Assembly: GCA_044892525.1 (NCBI GenBank)
Contig: CM097887.1
Span: forward strand, 62,744,001 to 62,808,000
From: Schmidtea polychroa
Taxonomy: Eukaryota
DNA length: 64,000 nt
Reading direction: 5' to 3'
Positions 1 to 9,511 of the stretch are shown in pieces; position 1 is the stretch's first letter, and each line of letters opens with the position of its first letter. The translations under genes were made by a program, and so were the position numbers. The notes under the pieces are model-generated. The model did no database searches, had not been told where the DNA came from, and was given only the letters and a program-made list of their open reading frames with translations.

Positions 1-105
1 TCCAACAATTAATAATCTAAAATTATCAGGAAATACTTTATTATTAAATTTAGATTTATGTCTATTTAAAATTGGTTTCCAAATTATTGGACTTCGTACA
101 TCCAT
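1..105 (-). CDS. Polinton DNA-packaging ATPase (A32/FtsK-HerA family), N-terminus only
   Basis: Not in the ORF track. Manual translation from ATG at 105 gives MDVRSPIIWKPILNRHKSKFNNKVFPDNFRLLIVG, open to the window edge. RLLIVG is the hydrophobic strand that precedes Walker A (GxSGxGKT); the motif itself lies outside the window. Confidence 0.7.
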   Translation of the reverse strand, partial: MDVRSPIIWKPILNRHKSKFNNKVFPDNFRLLIVG

Positions 106-120
106 TTTATTTATTATAAA

Positions 121-732
121 ATGACCTCGAAGAGTTCCTCTACTGAAGAATCTTTGCAAGAATTAATAAATTCAAATAAAAATAAATCAGTAGTAATTGA
201 TGGTAAAAAATATTTTATTGGAAAACATATAAAAGAACAAGTTAGAGCGAAGCTGAAGGGCTCTTCGACTAAAGAAGGCGGCATTCTTCCATTAGCTGCT
301 TTAATACCTGCAATCATTGCCGGACTATCAGGTGCTGCTGGAATAGCTGGAGGAATTGCAACTACAGTTCAAAAAGCTAAAGAATCTCAAAAGACAGACC
401 TAGAAAAAGAAAAACTACAAACTGAAATCGATTCAATGAAGAAGGTAGGGCAAGCTAAGGGAAAAGGCCTCTATCTTAATCCATATGAGGGGACTCTGTC
501 TGAAGGTCAAAAGTCTCAGGGGACTCTGTCCAAGGGAAAGGGTCTCTATCTTGATCCTTATAAGGGTAGAGGTTTAAATGATTTTTAAAAAAATCAAATT
601 TCTACATCTAAATCTTTATCTTCAAAAGATAAAGATGATTTAAAAAAAATATGTAAATCTTTAAAGAATGGATGCCTTTGTAAAACTAAAAATGGTAAAG
701 GTTTATACTTGAAGCCCTTCGAACCCCATTGA
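121..732 (+). pseudogene. Adenovirus pX/mu-like core protein with GKG-LYLxP repeats; internal TAA at 586-588
   Basis: KEGGILPLAALIPAIIAGLSGAAGIAGGIA resembles adenovirus pX MRGGILPLLIPLIAAAIGAVPGIASVA. The frame continues past the TAA as KNQISTSKS...KNGKGLYLKPFEPH* (stop at 732), carrying a third LYLxP repeat. Confidence 0.7.
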
Positions 733-754
733 TACCATTTTTAATACCATAAAA

Positions 755-1600
755 ATGGTATATGAAGAAAGATTAGCACTTTTAAAAAAATTACAATCTG
801 AACAAGATAAATATAATAAAAAAGATACAACTCAACATGCTGAATCTATAATATTAAATGAGGTAATAACACAACAACAGGGGCCAACAATTAAAGCTAT
901 AGAGGGACTTAAAACTATAGAAGCTCCTCTAACCCTTGAACCTAAAGCTATAGAATCTTCTAAAAAGGAATTATCAAGATTAATGGGTTTAAGAAAACGT
1001 AGAAATACTATTGATTTAGAAGAAGATGAATTTCTTTCAAGATTAACACCTCTTAAGACTCCAGTTAATTTTAAAATTAATACATCACTAGCTAAATCAA
1101 TTATACCTACTATAGGTTATGATCCTAGAGGTTTTCAAACAATAACAATTAATAATCAAATATTTTATATATATTTAAATTCAAAAAATAATCCAGCGAT
1201 TATTTCAACAAATACTTTTATGAATAGAGAGCGTGTAGACATTGAACTTTCAGATGGTTTTCATGGATTAATTTCTGGATATCTTCCAGATGATGTTAAG
1301 AAAGAAGAAATTGATAAATATTTAAACTTAATAAAATTAATACATGGTAGTTCTAAAGCAAAACATATTCAAGATTTAAAGAATTATTTAAATAAAAATG
1401 AAAGGGGTTATGTTGTTACAGAGGGTAAGGGGATGCCTGTGGCTGCAAACCCAATCAATCTTTTTATTGAATTAAGAAAACTATTAGCAGCTAAAAAAGC
1501 AGGACATAATAATTTAGATTCTGATATTTTGAAGATTTCTAAAGATTTGTTAAAACAAGGAATAATTTCAAAAGATAAATTTAATAAGTATATAAAATGA
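755..1600 (+). CDS. Conserved Polinton hypothetical protein (281 aa)
   Basis: Intact ORF in the viral cluster. Its C-terminal NPINLFIELRKLLAAKKAGHNN...LLKQGII motif is of a type I recognise from Polinton proteins. Function unknown. Confidence 0.75.
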   Translation: MVYEERLALLKKLQSEQDKYNKKDTTQHAESIILNEVITQQQGPTIKAIEGLKTIEAPLTLEPKAIESSKKELSRLMGLRKRRNTIDLEEDEFLSRLTPLKTPVNFKINTSLAKSIIPTIGYDPRGFQTITINNQIFYIYLNSKNNPAIISTNTFMNRERVDIELSDGFHGLISGYLPDDVKKEEIDKYLNLIKLIHGSSKAKHIQDLKNYLNKNERGYVVTEGKGMPVAANPINLFIELRKLLAAKKAGHNNLDSDILKISKDLLKQGIISKDKFNKYIK

Positions 1601-2082
1601 CTCCTTCAATATTAGATTTTTTAAAAACATTTGGAATAAATGCAAAAACAAATTTTGATTTAAAAGATTATGCAGATTATTTAAATTTAAAAATAAAAAT
1701 ATTAATGAATAATGAATTGAAAGGTCCGAAGGTCAAAGGTCAAAGGGTCACTCCAAAGAATATAATAATCAATTATCAAAATTCAAATGAAAAAGGATCT
1801 CATTGGGTTTGTATATATATGGACGAAGTCCCAATCTACTTTGATTCTTTTGGGATTGAACCCACTAAAGAAGTTGAAGACTATCTGTCCGGAGTAAGCT
1901 CGAAGAGAGACTATACTTTTAATTCTTTACAAGTTCAACCTAATAATACTAAAATATGTGGTATTTTAAGCTTATATGTTTTGTATAGATTGAATAAATC
2001 TCAAGGGACTCTGTCCAAAGGGGACTACTGTTTCACTTCCTTAATCCAAGAAATTTATAATGATTTAAAATCTCTACTATAA
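1597..2082 (+). CDS. Adenain/Ulp1-like (clan CE) cysteine maturation protease
   Basis: GSHW (His), YFDSFG (Asp) and Q...ICG (Gln, Cys) catalytic motifs in the expected order; overlaps the previous stop codon (ATGA). Confidence 0.95.
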   Translation: MTPSILDFLKTFGINAKTNFDLKDYADYLNLKIKILMNNELKGPKVKGQRVTPKNIIINYQNSNEKGSHWVCIYMDEVPIYFDSFGIEPTKEVEDYLSGVSSKRDYTFNSLQVQPNNTKICGILSLYVLYRLNKSQGTLSKGDYCFTSLIQEIYNDLKSLL

Positions 2083-2085
2083 GAA

Positions 2086-2823
2086 ATGGAAGATAATTTA
2101 AAAAAAATGGTAAACATAATGTCAGATAAATATTCAAGAACTTTATCTATAAATTCAAAAGAATCAGACTTTACTATAAATTTTGAAGATTCAATAAAAT
2201 TAGATCAAAATTTAAATTATGAATTAGGTCTATTATGGTTTTGTGCTTATAATACTATTTTTAATATAACTAAAGATATTAACACATTTAGTTATGTAAG
2301 CCCCCCAAAAACGGAGTATAACATAATAATAATAGAACCCGGGGCTTATGAGATAAAAGATTTAAATAATATACTTTCTAAAAAAACAAATGGAGCTATT
2401 GAAATTAAAATAGATTTACCAACTTCAAAATGTATAATGACTTTAAAGAATATAGGACTTAGGTTTCAAAATAATAGTTTCTTTAGAACAATTTTAGGAT
2501 TTACACAAAACCATTATACCACACCTGAAGTTACATCAGAAAATATTATAAAAATAATAAATACAAACACAATAAATATTCATTGCGATTGTATAACAGG
2601 TTCTTATAATAATGGTAAACAAAGTAATATTTTATATTCCTTTCCCTCAAACACAGTTCCTATGGGATATAAAATAGTTGAAAGAATGAATCCTCCAAAT
2701 TATTTACCTTTATGTAGAAAATATATAATGGATATTAATTTTAAAATTCTTAATCAAGAAGGAGAATTGATTGATTTTAATGGAGAAGAGATTTCAATGT
2801 ATTTACATTTGAAACAGGTTTGA
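2086..2823 (+). CDS. Minor capsid protein (penton, single jelly roll)
   Basis: Motifs YNTIFNI, IEPGAYEI, LGF, INIHCDCITGSY.NG, ILYSF, GYKIVE and NQ.G.LIDF.GE are typical of Polinton pentons. Confidence 0.9.
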   Translation: MEDNLKKMVNIMSDKYSRTLSINSKESDFTINFEDSIKLDQNLNYELGLLWFCAYNTIFNITKDINTFSYVSPPKTEYNIIIIEPGAYEIKDLNNILSKKTNGAIEIKIDLPTSKCIMTLKNIGLRFQNNSFFRTILGFTQNHYTTPEVTSENIIKIINTNTINIHCDCITGSYNNGKQSNILYSFPSNTVPMGYKIVERMNPPNYLPLCRKYIMDINFKILNQEGELIDFNGEEISMYLHLKQV

Positions 2824-2847
2824 AGATTCATTTTAAATTATTAATAA

Positions 2848-3780
2848 ATGAGTTCTTATATTCCTTGTAATAGAGGTGGTGGAACAATAAAAACAGGGTT
2901 TAATACAGAAGAAATATTAACTTTAACAGAAAATAAATATATTAATGAAAGAGGTGATTCAATGAAGGGAGATTTAAATTTAAATGGACACAAGATAAAA
3001 GATTTATCTTTACCAATTGATGAAGGTGATGCTGCTAATAAAAATTATACTGATTTAACAACAACAAGAATTGAAAGTTCATTAACAACAAAAATTGATT
3101 CAATGGAATCAAAGCTTAATAATATCGAACAACGATTTAATGATAAATTTGACAAGTTACAAAGTCTGTTAACTGAACAAGTTGTAAAGTTAAATACTAG
3201 TATATTAAATTCTAAAGATAAACAAATTATGAATACTAAATTTAATACAATATATAATATAATAAATGAGATGATTACATCATTTAATAAAAGACTTTCA
3301 AATTTAGAATCTCATACAACACACATTAACACCACACATAGTATTAGAAAAAGAGCTGCTGAATTAGAACAGAATAAAACATTATTACCCCATACATATA
3401 AACATTTTATAGAACCAACTTTAATAACAACAAATAGTAAAGAATGGAGTGTTTTTATGGTTGTAAAGATTATTGATCCTTATTTCTTTTTATTTGATGA
3501 TGATAATGAAAGAATGAAATGGTTTGTGAAATGTGATTATAATAGTAAGTTTGAAAAGGGTGATGTTATAATAAGTGGTTATGATTTAACACATGGATAT
3601 TGGCATGATAAAACTGATTCACATAAAACACATAAAGTTAAAAGTAAGAATATTATTTTTAAAAGCACACTTGTACAATATATAGATTTAATATTTTATG
3701 AAAAAAAGGTTGATGTTGATGAAGTTCGTAAAGCATTGATGGAATTGTATAAAGACATTCTCTCAACAAGAGTCTCTTAA
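2848..3780 (+). CDS. Putative fibre/spike protein
   Basis: N-terminal GDSMKGDLNLNGHKIKDLSLPIDEGDAANKNYTD tail-fibre-like repeat, then a heptad-rich coiled coil and a beta-rich C-terminal domain; lies directly after the penton. Confidence 0.6.
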   Translation: MSSYIPCNRGGGTIKTGFNTEEILTLTENKYINERGDSMKGDLNLNGHKIKDLSLPIDEGDAANKNYTDLTTTRIESSLTTKIDSMESKLNNIEQRFNDKFDKLQSLLTEQVVKLNTSILNSKDKQIMNTKFNTIYNIINEMITSFNKRLSNLESHTTHINTTHSIRKRAAELEQNKTLLPHTYKHFIEPTLITTNSKEWSVFMVVKIIDPYFFLFDDDNERMKWFVKCDYNSKFEKGDVIISGYDLTHGYWHDKTDSHKTHKVKSKNIIFKSTLVQYIDLIFYEKKVDVDEVRKALMELYKDILSTRVS

Positions 3781-3834
3781 AGATATCCGAGTATTGGTAC
3801 CAGATAATAAAATCTTATTTTTTTAATTATTAAA

Positions 3835-4434
3835 ATGGAAGAAGTAAGAGAAGAAAAAGTTTACCCAGAATTGTCATCAGGATATTATTCCCCCAAACCT
3901 TCGGGACCTTCAGCTCCCACAGAACTTGAAATTATGAGAGTAAAAGAATTTAAATCAGAAACCTTACATTTACAAGATTTATTAAAGCATTATAAAAAAA
4001 TTAAAAATAGATGGAATAAAGGGAATACAGTTTTAAAACATATAGGTTATTCTTTAGGATTTGCATCTGCAATATTAACAGTTATTTTACCTATAACTTT
4101 ACCAGTTTTAACACTTGCGCCAGTAATACTTGGAAGTATTTCTGTAGCTGATGGTTTCTTAGCTGAAATAGTTTCATTATCTTATACTTCAAAAAAGAAA
4201 AGTTTATATCGTGAAGTTTGTTTGTCAATAGAATTAGGAATCTCTAAATTATTTTTATTTCAATTAAAAGCTTTGGAAGATGGAATCTTAACTGATGATG
4301 AAATAATGAAATCAAATCAAATAATACAAGATATTAAAAATAATATTAATAGATTAAAAAGTGCTAATGTTATAACTAATGAATATTCTAAAAAAATTAA
4401 ACGGGAGAAATGGTTAAAGAATTCTTATTTATAA
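3835..4434 (+). CDS. Polinton membrane-associated protein (two hydrophobic helices, ALEDGILTDDE motif)
   Basis: Intact 199-aa ORF with VYPEL/PSAP N-terminus, a hydrophobic hairpin and an ALxDGxxxxxE motif of the kind seen in polintovirus proteins. Confidence 0.65.
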   Translation: MEEVREEKVYPELSSGYYSPKPSGPSAPTELEIMRVKEFKSETLHLQDLLKHYKKIKNRWNKGNTVLKHIGYSLGFASAILTVILPITLPVLTLAPVILGSISVADGFLAEIVSLSYTSKKKSLYREVCLSIELGISKLFLFQLKALEDGILTDDEIMKSNQIIQDIKNNINRLKSANVITNEYSKKIKREKWLKNSYL

Positions 4435-4512
4435 AATGGGTGTATTTTTAAAAAAGTAGATCAGGTTGCTATAGTTGCTTAAATTAATTGTCGACATTTT
4501 ATTATTAAAAAA

Positions 4513-7500
4513 TTAAATATCGTTGAAAGCCAACCTTTGAATCATTAATTTATGATCTTTAAATTCTTTATCACTTAGACCTTTTATATATTCAGGATCA
4601 GTATTAAAATATTTAAGTACTAAACATATAGGATTAATAACTTGAGAATATAAAGGCTTCTCGATTTCTCTCTCGGGATAAATGATTTCAACATTATAAA
4701 TATCAAGATCAGTAATCTTTGTATCATATAACTTATTCAACTTTTCTAGATTTTTTATTATCGGTATTAAATTATTTCCTATAGGAAGAGTTGTCTTTAA
4801 ATCACTTAGGATGAATCTCTTATCATCATAATTTGATAATGATACTTTTTGAGATTCTATCAAGTGAATATCATGGTTTTCGCTTTTAATCTGATGCACT
4901 TCATCAATTTTATCTTTATGATTTGGATTCAATGTATCTATATAATCTTGATGAGAAAGACTCTTTGCAACGGATTTCTGTATTCCTTTACATCTGTTAT
5001 CCTTTACAGGTTTTTCTTCTTGTCCCTCTGGTCCTTTAGGGAATATAGGATATTTAAATGAAATAATTTCCTCTTTTTCTGGGGTTTTAAATATAATTTC
5101 TCGGGTTATAAATTCAGGGTTTTAAAATGTTTCGTATGAATATTGTTTAGCACGAATAAATATTCCATTTTCTATAGGAGTAAAAGGTTTTTCATCTTTA
5201 AATGAAAATAATTCTCCAGTTGAATTTATTAAATTTGAAAGTATAGGATTTTCAGCTATATCTCTTTGTAAATCATGAGTTCTTATTGTTAAAAACATTG
5301 AATCTGTATCCATTGCATGCATTGATATATTAGAACCATATATAGGTTGTAAGATGTTATAATATGTTTCATACATTTGTAATGTTGAAAGTTCTAAAAT
5401 TGAAAACCCTATAAATATTGGTTTGTTGTATGTTTTCTCAAAACTCTTTAGTTCTATTGCAGTAAGACTTTCAGAAAATACTTGTGCGTTTTTAAATGTA
5501 GGCTTTCCTAGCATACGATTATAACGCTTAATATCTTTGGCAGTATTAGTTAGGAGTTCAATATGAGTATATTTATCAACATTCTCCATTGTCTTCCCAA
5601 AGACTGAATTGTTTAAAAGTTTATAATTATTATCTTTAAAAAGATTACCTTCTCTTTTTGCAATGTTTCGACATCTAATGTTCTCCTCGATAAAAGCTTT
5701 CATGAATGGCCTCTGTTTAAATCTTATGACACTATGAACTTTTTTTAATATCATACCTCGTGAAAGATAAAATTGGAGGAGTCTATAGTGACAAAGATAA
5801 AACCTTCGATCTGTTTGATCACAAAGAAGTTTCATTGTTAGGGGTTTATCTTGTGAGATTTGCCATTCAGAAAGTTCGTTGATATCAATCTTTCTTCTTA
5901 CAGGAGCTAATGGGAAATATCTTGTTCCTGATTTTATATCATCTGGATATAATAAGTCACATTCTACAAAGTAACCTATTGGAGAATCTTTAGGTGTTGA
6001 AAGTATTTCTTTTATAAGTTCTTTTGATGATTCTATTTCAATGAAATCACCCATTGGTAAATATTGAGTCATAATTCCTGAATATAAAGCTGTTGCATCT
6101 ATATAAAGTATAAATATAGGATTTTTCATTGTTTCTAATATTTCTTTTAATTCCTCATTGTTAATTTTTATATATGGATCAGAGGTCTTTGAAAGCATTC
6201 TGCTAGTAGTTATTGCATTTCTAGCTTTTATTTCTCTATTCCCCATTACTGAAGAGACTCATCCTCTAATGTTTGTTTTAATTAGATTAAACATATCGAG
6301 GTTAGTTAAAAGATCTATAATTTTATCAGCTTCTTCTATATTTGAAGTCCAAATGGTATATAATAAAGTATCCCAAGCTAAAGAGGGTGCTGTTATATAA
6401 TTGTAAGGTTTAAGAACAAAAGATTTTGTAAATTCTTCAAAGCAATCTGCTAGAATATAAACATCCAAGGATAAATACATACTTGTATATTCTCCTAAAG
6501 TTTTACACTTGAATAATTCCCACATTTTATTTGCTCGAGAATATTCTTGATTTGTAATATGATTTTTTTGAAGTTGTGAATAGAAATGTTCTTGGCTAGG
6601 AAGACTTGTTTCATTATATTTTTCAAACGAGTCAACATAGTCATAAGGATATATTCCTTTTGCTAAGCATGTAGGATATTCTTCTGGAGGAATATTATTT
6701 TTTTCCAAGAATTCTCGAGTGATTTTAAAATTTTCTGGTTTCATTGTTTTAGCTATTCCATCTAGAGACATTTGAAGAAAGTTTAACGAGTCTATAAATT
6801 TTAATTTTCCATATTCAACTGATTTATATTTTTCCTTTGTAAGTCCTATAACTTTGAAAGAGTTTTTAGCATTTGCTGCTAAATGTTTAATAAATAGATG
6901 TATGTCATAACCAAAAAGATTATGAAATATAACAGGTACAAATTTAGGAGTATGACAATTAAGATTACAATTTTTATGAGCTGCTCCTCGATAATTATTT
7001 TCCTTTTTTAAATGATCATGATCGAGGACTTTTATATTCGGAGACTCTTCAAATGGTTGTTTACACATCCAACAGTTGGAAGTGTTTTCATATTCTGTTG
7101 TTGTTGATTAGAAATATTTTGAGGATAGTTTGTTTTTAATACTTTAAATATTTCATGTTCTAGATCATTTATACTTTTAGTAAAATGATTCAAGACTTCT
7201 GTTTCTGAAATTCCTCGAAATGTATATTCTCTAGATTCTATGAGTTCAGGATAATTACTTTTAAATAATAATTTATAAGCAGATGGTAATTGTTTAGTTT
7301 TTTTAACACTATTAGGTTTATTCCTTTTTCTTAGAAAGGCTTTCATCCTCTCTGGTTTCATCTTCTCTCCTGAGGAGTTCCAGGAATCCATGAGTTTATT
7401 TTTTTCTATTATTTTTAAATATTGTTTAACCAAATCTTGTTTACGATTTATAAATTCAAAGTCCCCATAAAGCACTCCTACTGTTTGTAGTAAATTTGAA

Positions 7501-8828
7501 AAGTTTTTAAAATACATCTTGGGATAATTAGGCATTTTAATTAAAGCTGGATCATCTTTTTCACAAAATCTTGTATGTTTAATCATAGAGTTTTTAGTTG
7601 TTGAATAATGAAGACATCTTTTACATGTTCCTCCTCCACTAGTTGGATTCTCTGGTGATGTAAAAGCTTGAAAGTTTTTTATTAAAACATAATGTTGATT
7701 ATTTTCTTGTTCCAAGATTAAAAGATATATCTCCCTAGTGTTATCCTGGGGTTCATTATCTCTAACTTCATAATCTGAAATATAAATTGGAATAATTTCT
7801 CTGCAATTAACATGTTTCCCTTTAACACGTTCATAAATATTAATTTTAAGATTATTTAAACTTTCAAATTTTGGAATGTCTTCTAGTTTCATTGGATGTT
7901 TGAATCCTTTGGGAAATATTAATTCATTTTCATATTGTTTGTATTTTGAAACTCTTTGAGGGTTTGATTCTTGAGGGTGTAAATGTGCAAGTATTGACCA
8001 GACGAAACATTTGTTATCATTATTCTGTATGTTTATAACATTTTTAGATTTAAAGGGTGTAGGAATATAAGATTTAGGATTAAGTGGTAATCCTCTCCAA
8101 TAATCAATCACTAAAGTTTGGAAAGAGTTGAATACTAAGTTTGAATCTCCTAATTCATTTTCAACCTCTTCTTGTTTTGCTTCTACTGCTTGAATTATTT
8201 CTTTGATGGTTTTATCAAATCCTTTAGTTGAAAATAAATATTTAAAGGGTATTCCAATTTCAACATCTAAAGGTGTTGTCTTTTCTTCTGCTCCTCGCCA
8301 GTATTTTGCTTTGATTATAATTTTATATTTTATAACATTATACCTTGTCGGTTTATAATTTTTTAAAGCTTCAGTGAAAGAATTTTTAATATTTTTTTTA
8401 TTTTTATTTATATATTCTCCAGGAGTTATAGGTCCATTGATTTCTAATTGAAATTCATCTACATGATTAAAATCATCCCAGTTATATTTTTCTCTTTCAA
8501 CATGATCAGGTTCTCCTTCTGAATGACATTCCTCATCGTCAGAATTTTGTTTTTTATTTTTACATTCTTTTATATGTTCTAAATAATAGAAATTTACTTT
8601 TGTTGAAAAGTTACAGTGAGAACATGTAAATATTTCTCTATTTTTCCCGATACAATTTTCAAAATGTTTATTATATCCAGAATGTAGAAATCTTCCTTTA
8701 CATTTAGGACAAACTTTTGAATTTGTATCATTAAGATTGTTTTCTTTTAATAAATGAGCTTTCGATTTTAAGTGAGAAATTAATCCAGTTTTATTTTTAA
8801 AAACTTTATTACAAATATTACAATTCAT
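4513..8828 (-). pseudogene. polB: Protein-primed DNA polymerase B (pPolB), ~1440 codons, three lesions
   Basis: Four ORF-track pieces join into one gene: YGDFE (ExoI), HNLFGYD (ExoII), KGIYPYDY, DVYILAD (ExoIII), DATALYS (A), KLLNNSVFG (B), MDTDS (C), RAKQY, RCKG, DDKR. Lesions: a frameshift near 7100, TGA at 6259-6261 (RG*VSS, from RGG) and TAA at 5122-5124. Confidence 0.95.
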
Positions 8829-8927
8829 TTTTAGAAAAAAATTTTTTATTGGATATCCTGTTTTGATTTTTTATGTTTTTATATTTATTTTCATAATGTG
8901 ACAGTATAAAAAATAACAAAAATCCAA

Positions 8928-9017
8928 ACCTAGATAGCGCAGTGGGCTAGACCGGCACCGTGGTTCAAATGGATAGCGGTTCAAATCCTAACTGTGGTTA
9001 GTTTTTTTTTTTTTTTT
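8928..9017 (+). ncRNA. Candidate RNA polymerase III small RNA (tRNA-like type-2 promoter with oligo-T terminator)
   Basis: A box TAGCGCAGTGG (8935-8945), B box GGTTCAAATCC (8978-8988), T16 at 9002-9017. It does not fold into a canonical cloverleaf by eye. Confidence 0.6.
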
Positions 9018-9223
9018 AATTTGAAAATAATAGTGTGGGTATCTTAGATTTATATTTTATTTTATTTATTTTTATTTTATTTTATTTTATTTATTTTATT
9101 AATTATTTTATTTTTAAACATAAATATGAAAAAAAAATTATTGAAACGGGTGATGGTGGCGAACCGGTAATTATCGCCACCTGTCTTTCGAACACCCCCG
9201 GATCGATTCTTTAATGTGCACAT

Positions 9224-9511
9224 TTATTTCTCAGTTGTTTTCGGACCTCTTTCGGATTCACTTTCGAATTCATTTGTACTTTCGAGCAGCACGCTTAAAA
9301 CGCCGATGAAATCGTATTCGAGCGAGAAGCGAATAATAAGGTGTGCTGCTATTATCGGATTGATTCTGATGTATGAGTCTGGCCAGCTTGTATATTAGAA
9401 GAGATTTGATAAACGAAAGAGGTTGAAATGATCCGGATCAAAAAAACTGTTGAGGAGACAGTGAAAAAAAAAATACCACTGTCCCCTCAGAGCAGTTTTA
9501 CTATTTTTCAT
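9224..9511 (-). pseudogene. Small Polinton ORF (95 codons) with one internal TAA (9395-9397)
   Basis: Starts in the same TAAATG context as the other viral genes: MKNSKTALRGQWYFFFHC...SNLF*YTSWPDSYIRINP...GPKTTEK*. No recognisable family. Confidence 0.3.

Noticed and set aside
586-6261. Alternative genetic code explaining in-frame TAA/TGA
   Set aside because: Neighbouring viral genes and host CLPB end normally in TAA or TGA, the TGA sits in an RGG motif (GGA to TGA), and a frameshift is also present.
114-6400. Antisense ORF-track entries 114-317, 4849-5061 and 6158-6400
   Set aside because: Shadow ORFs on the opposite strand of real viral genes.
8928-9001. Canonical tRNA gene
   Set aside because: A and B boxes are present, but the D stem, anticodon arm, T stem and acceptor stem do not pair properly; kept only as a Pol III unit candidate.
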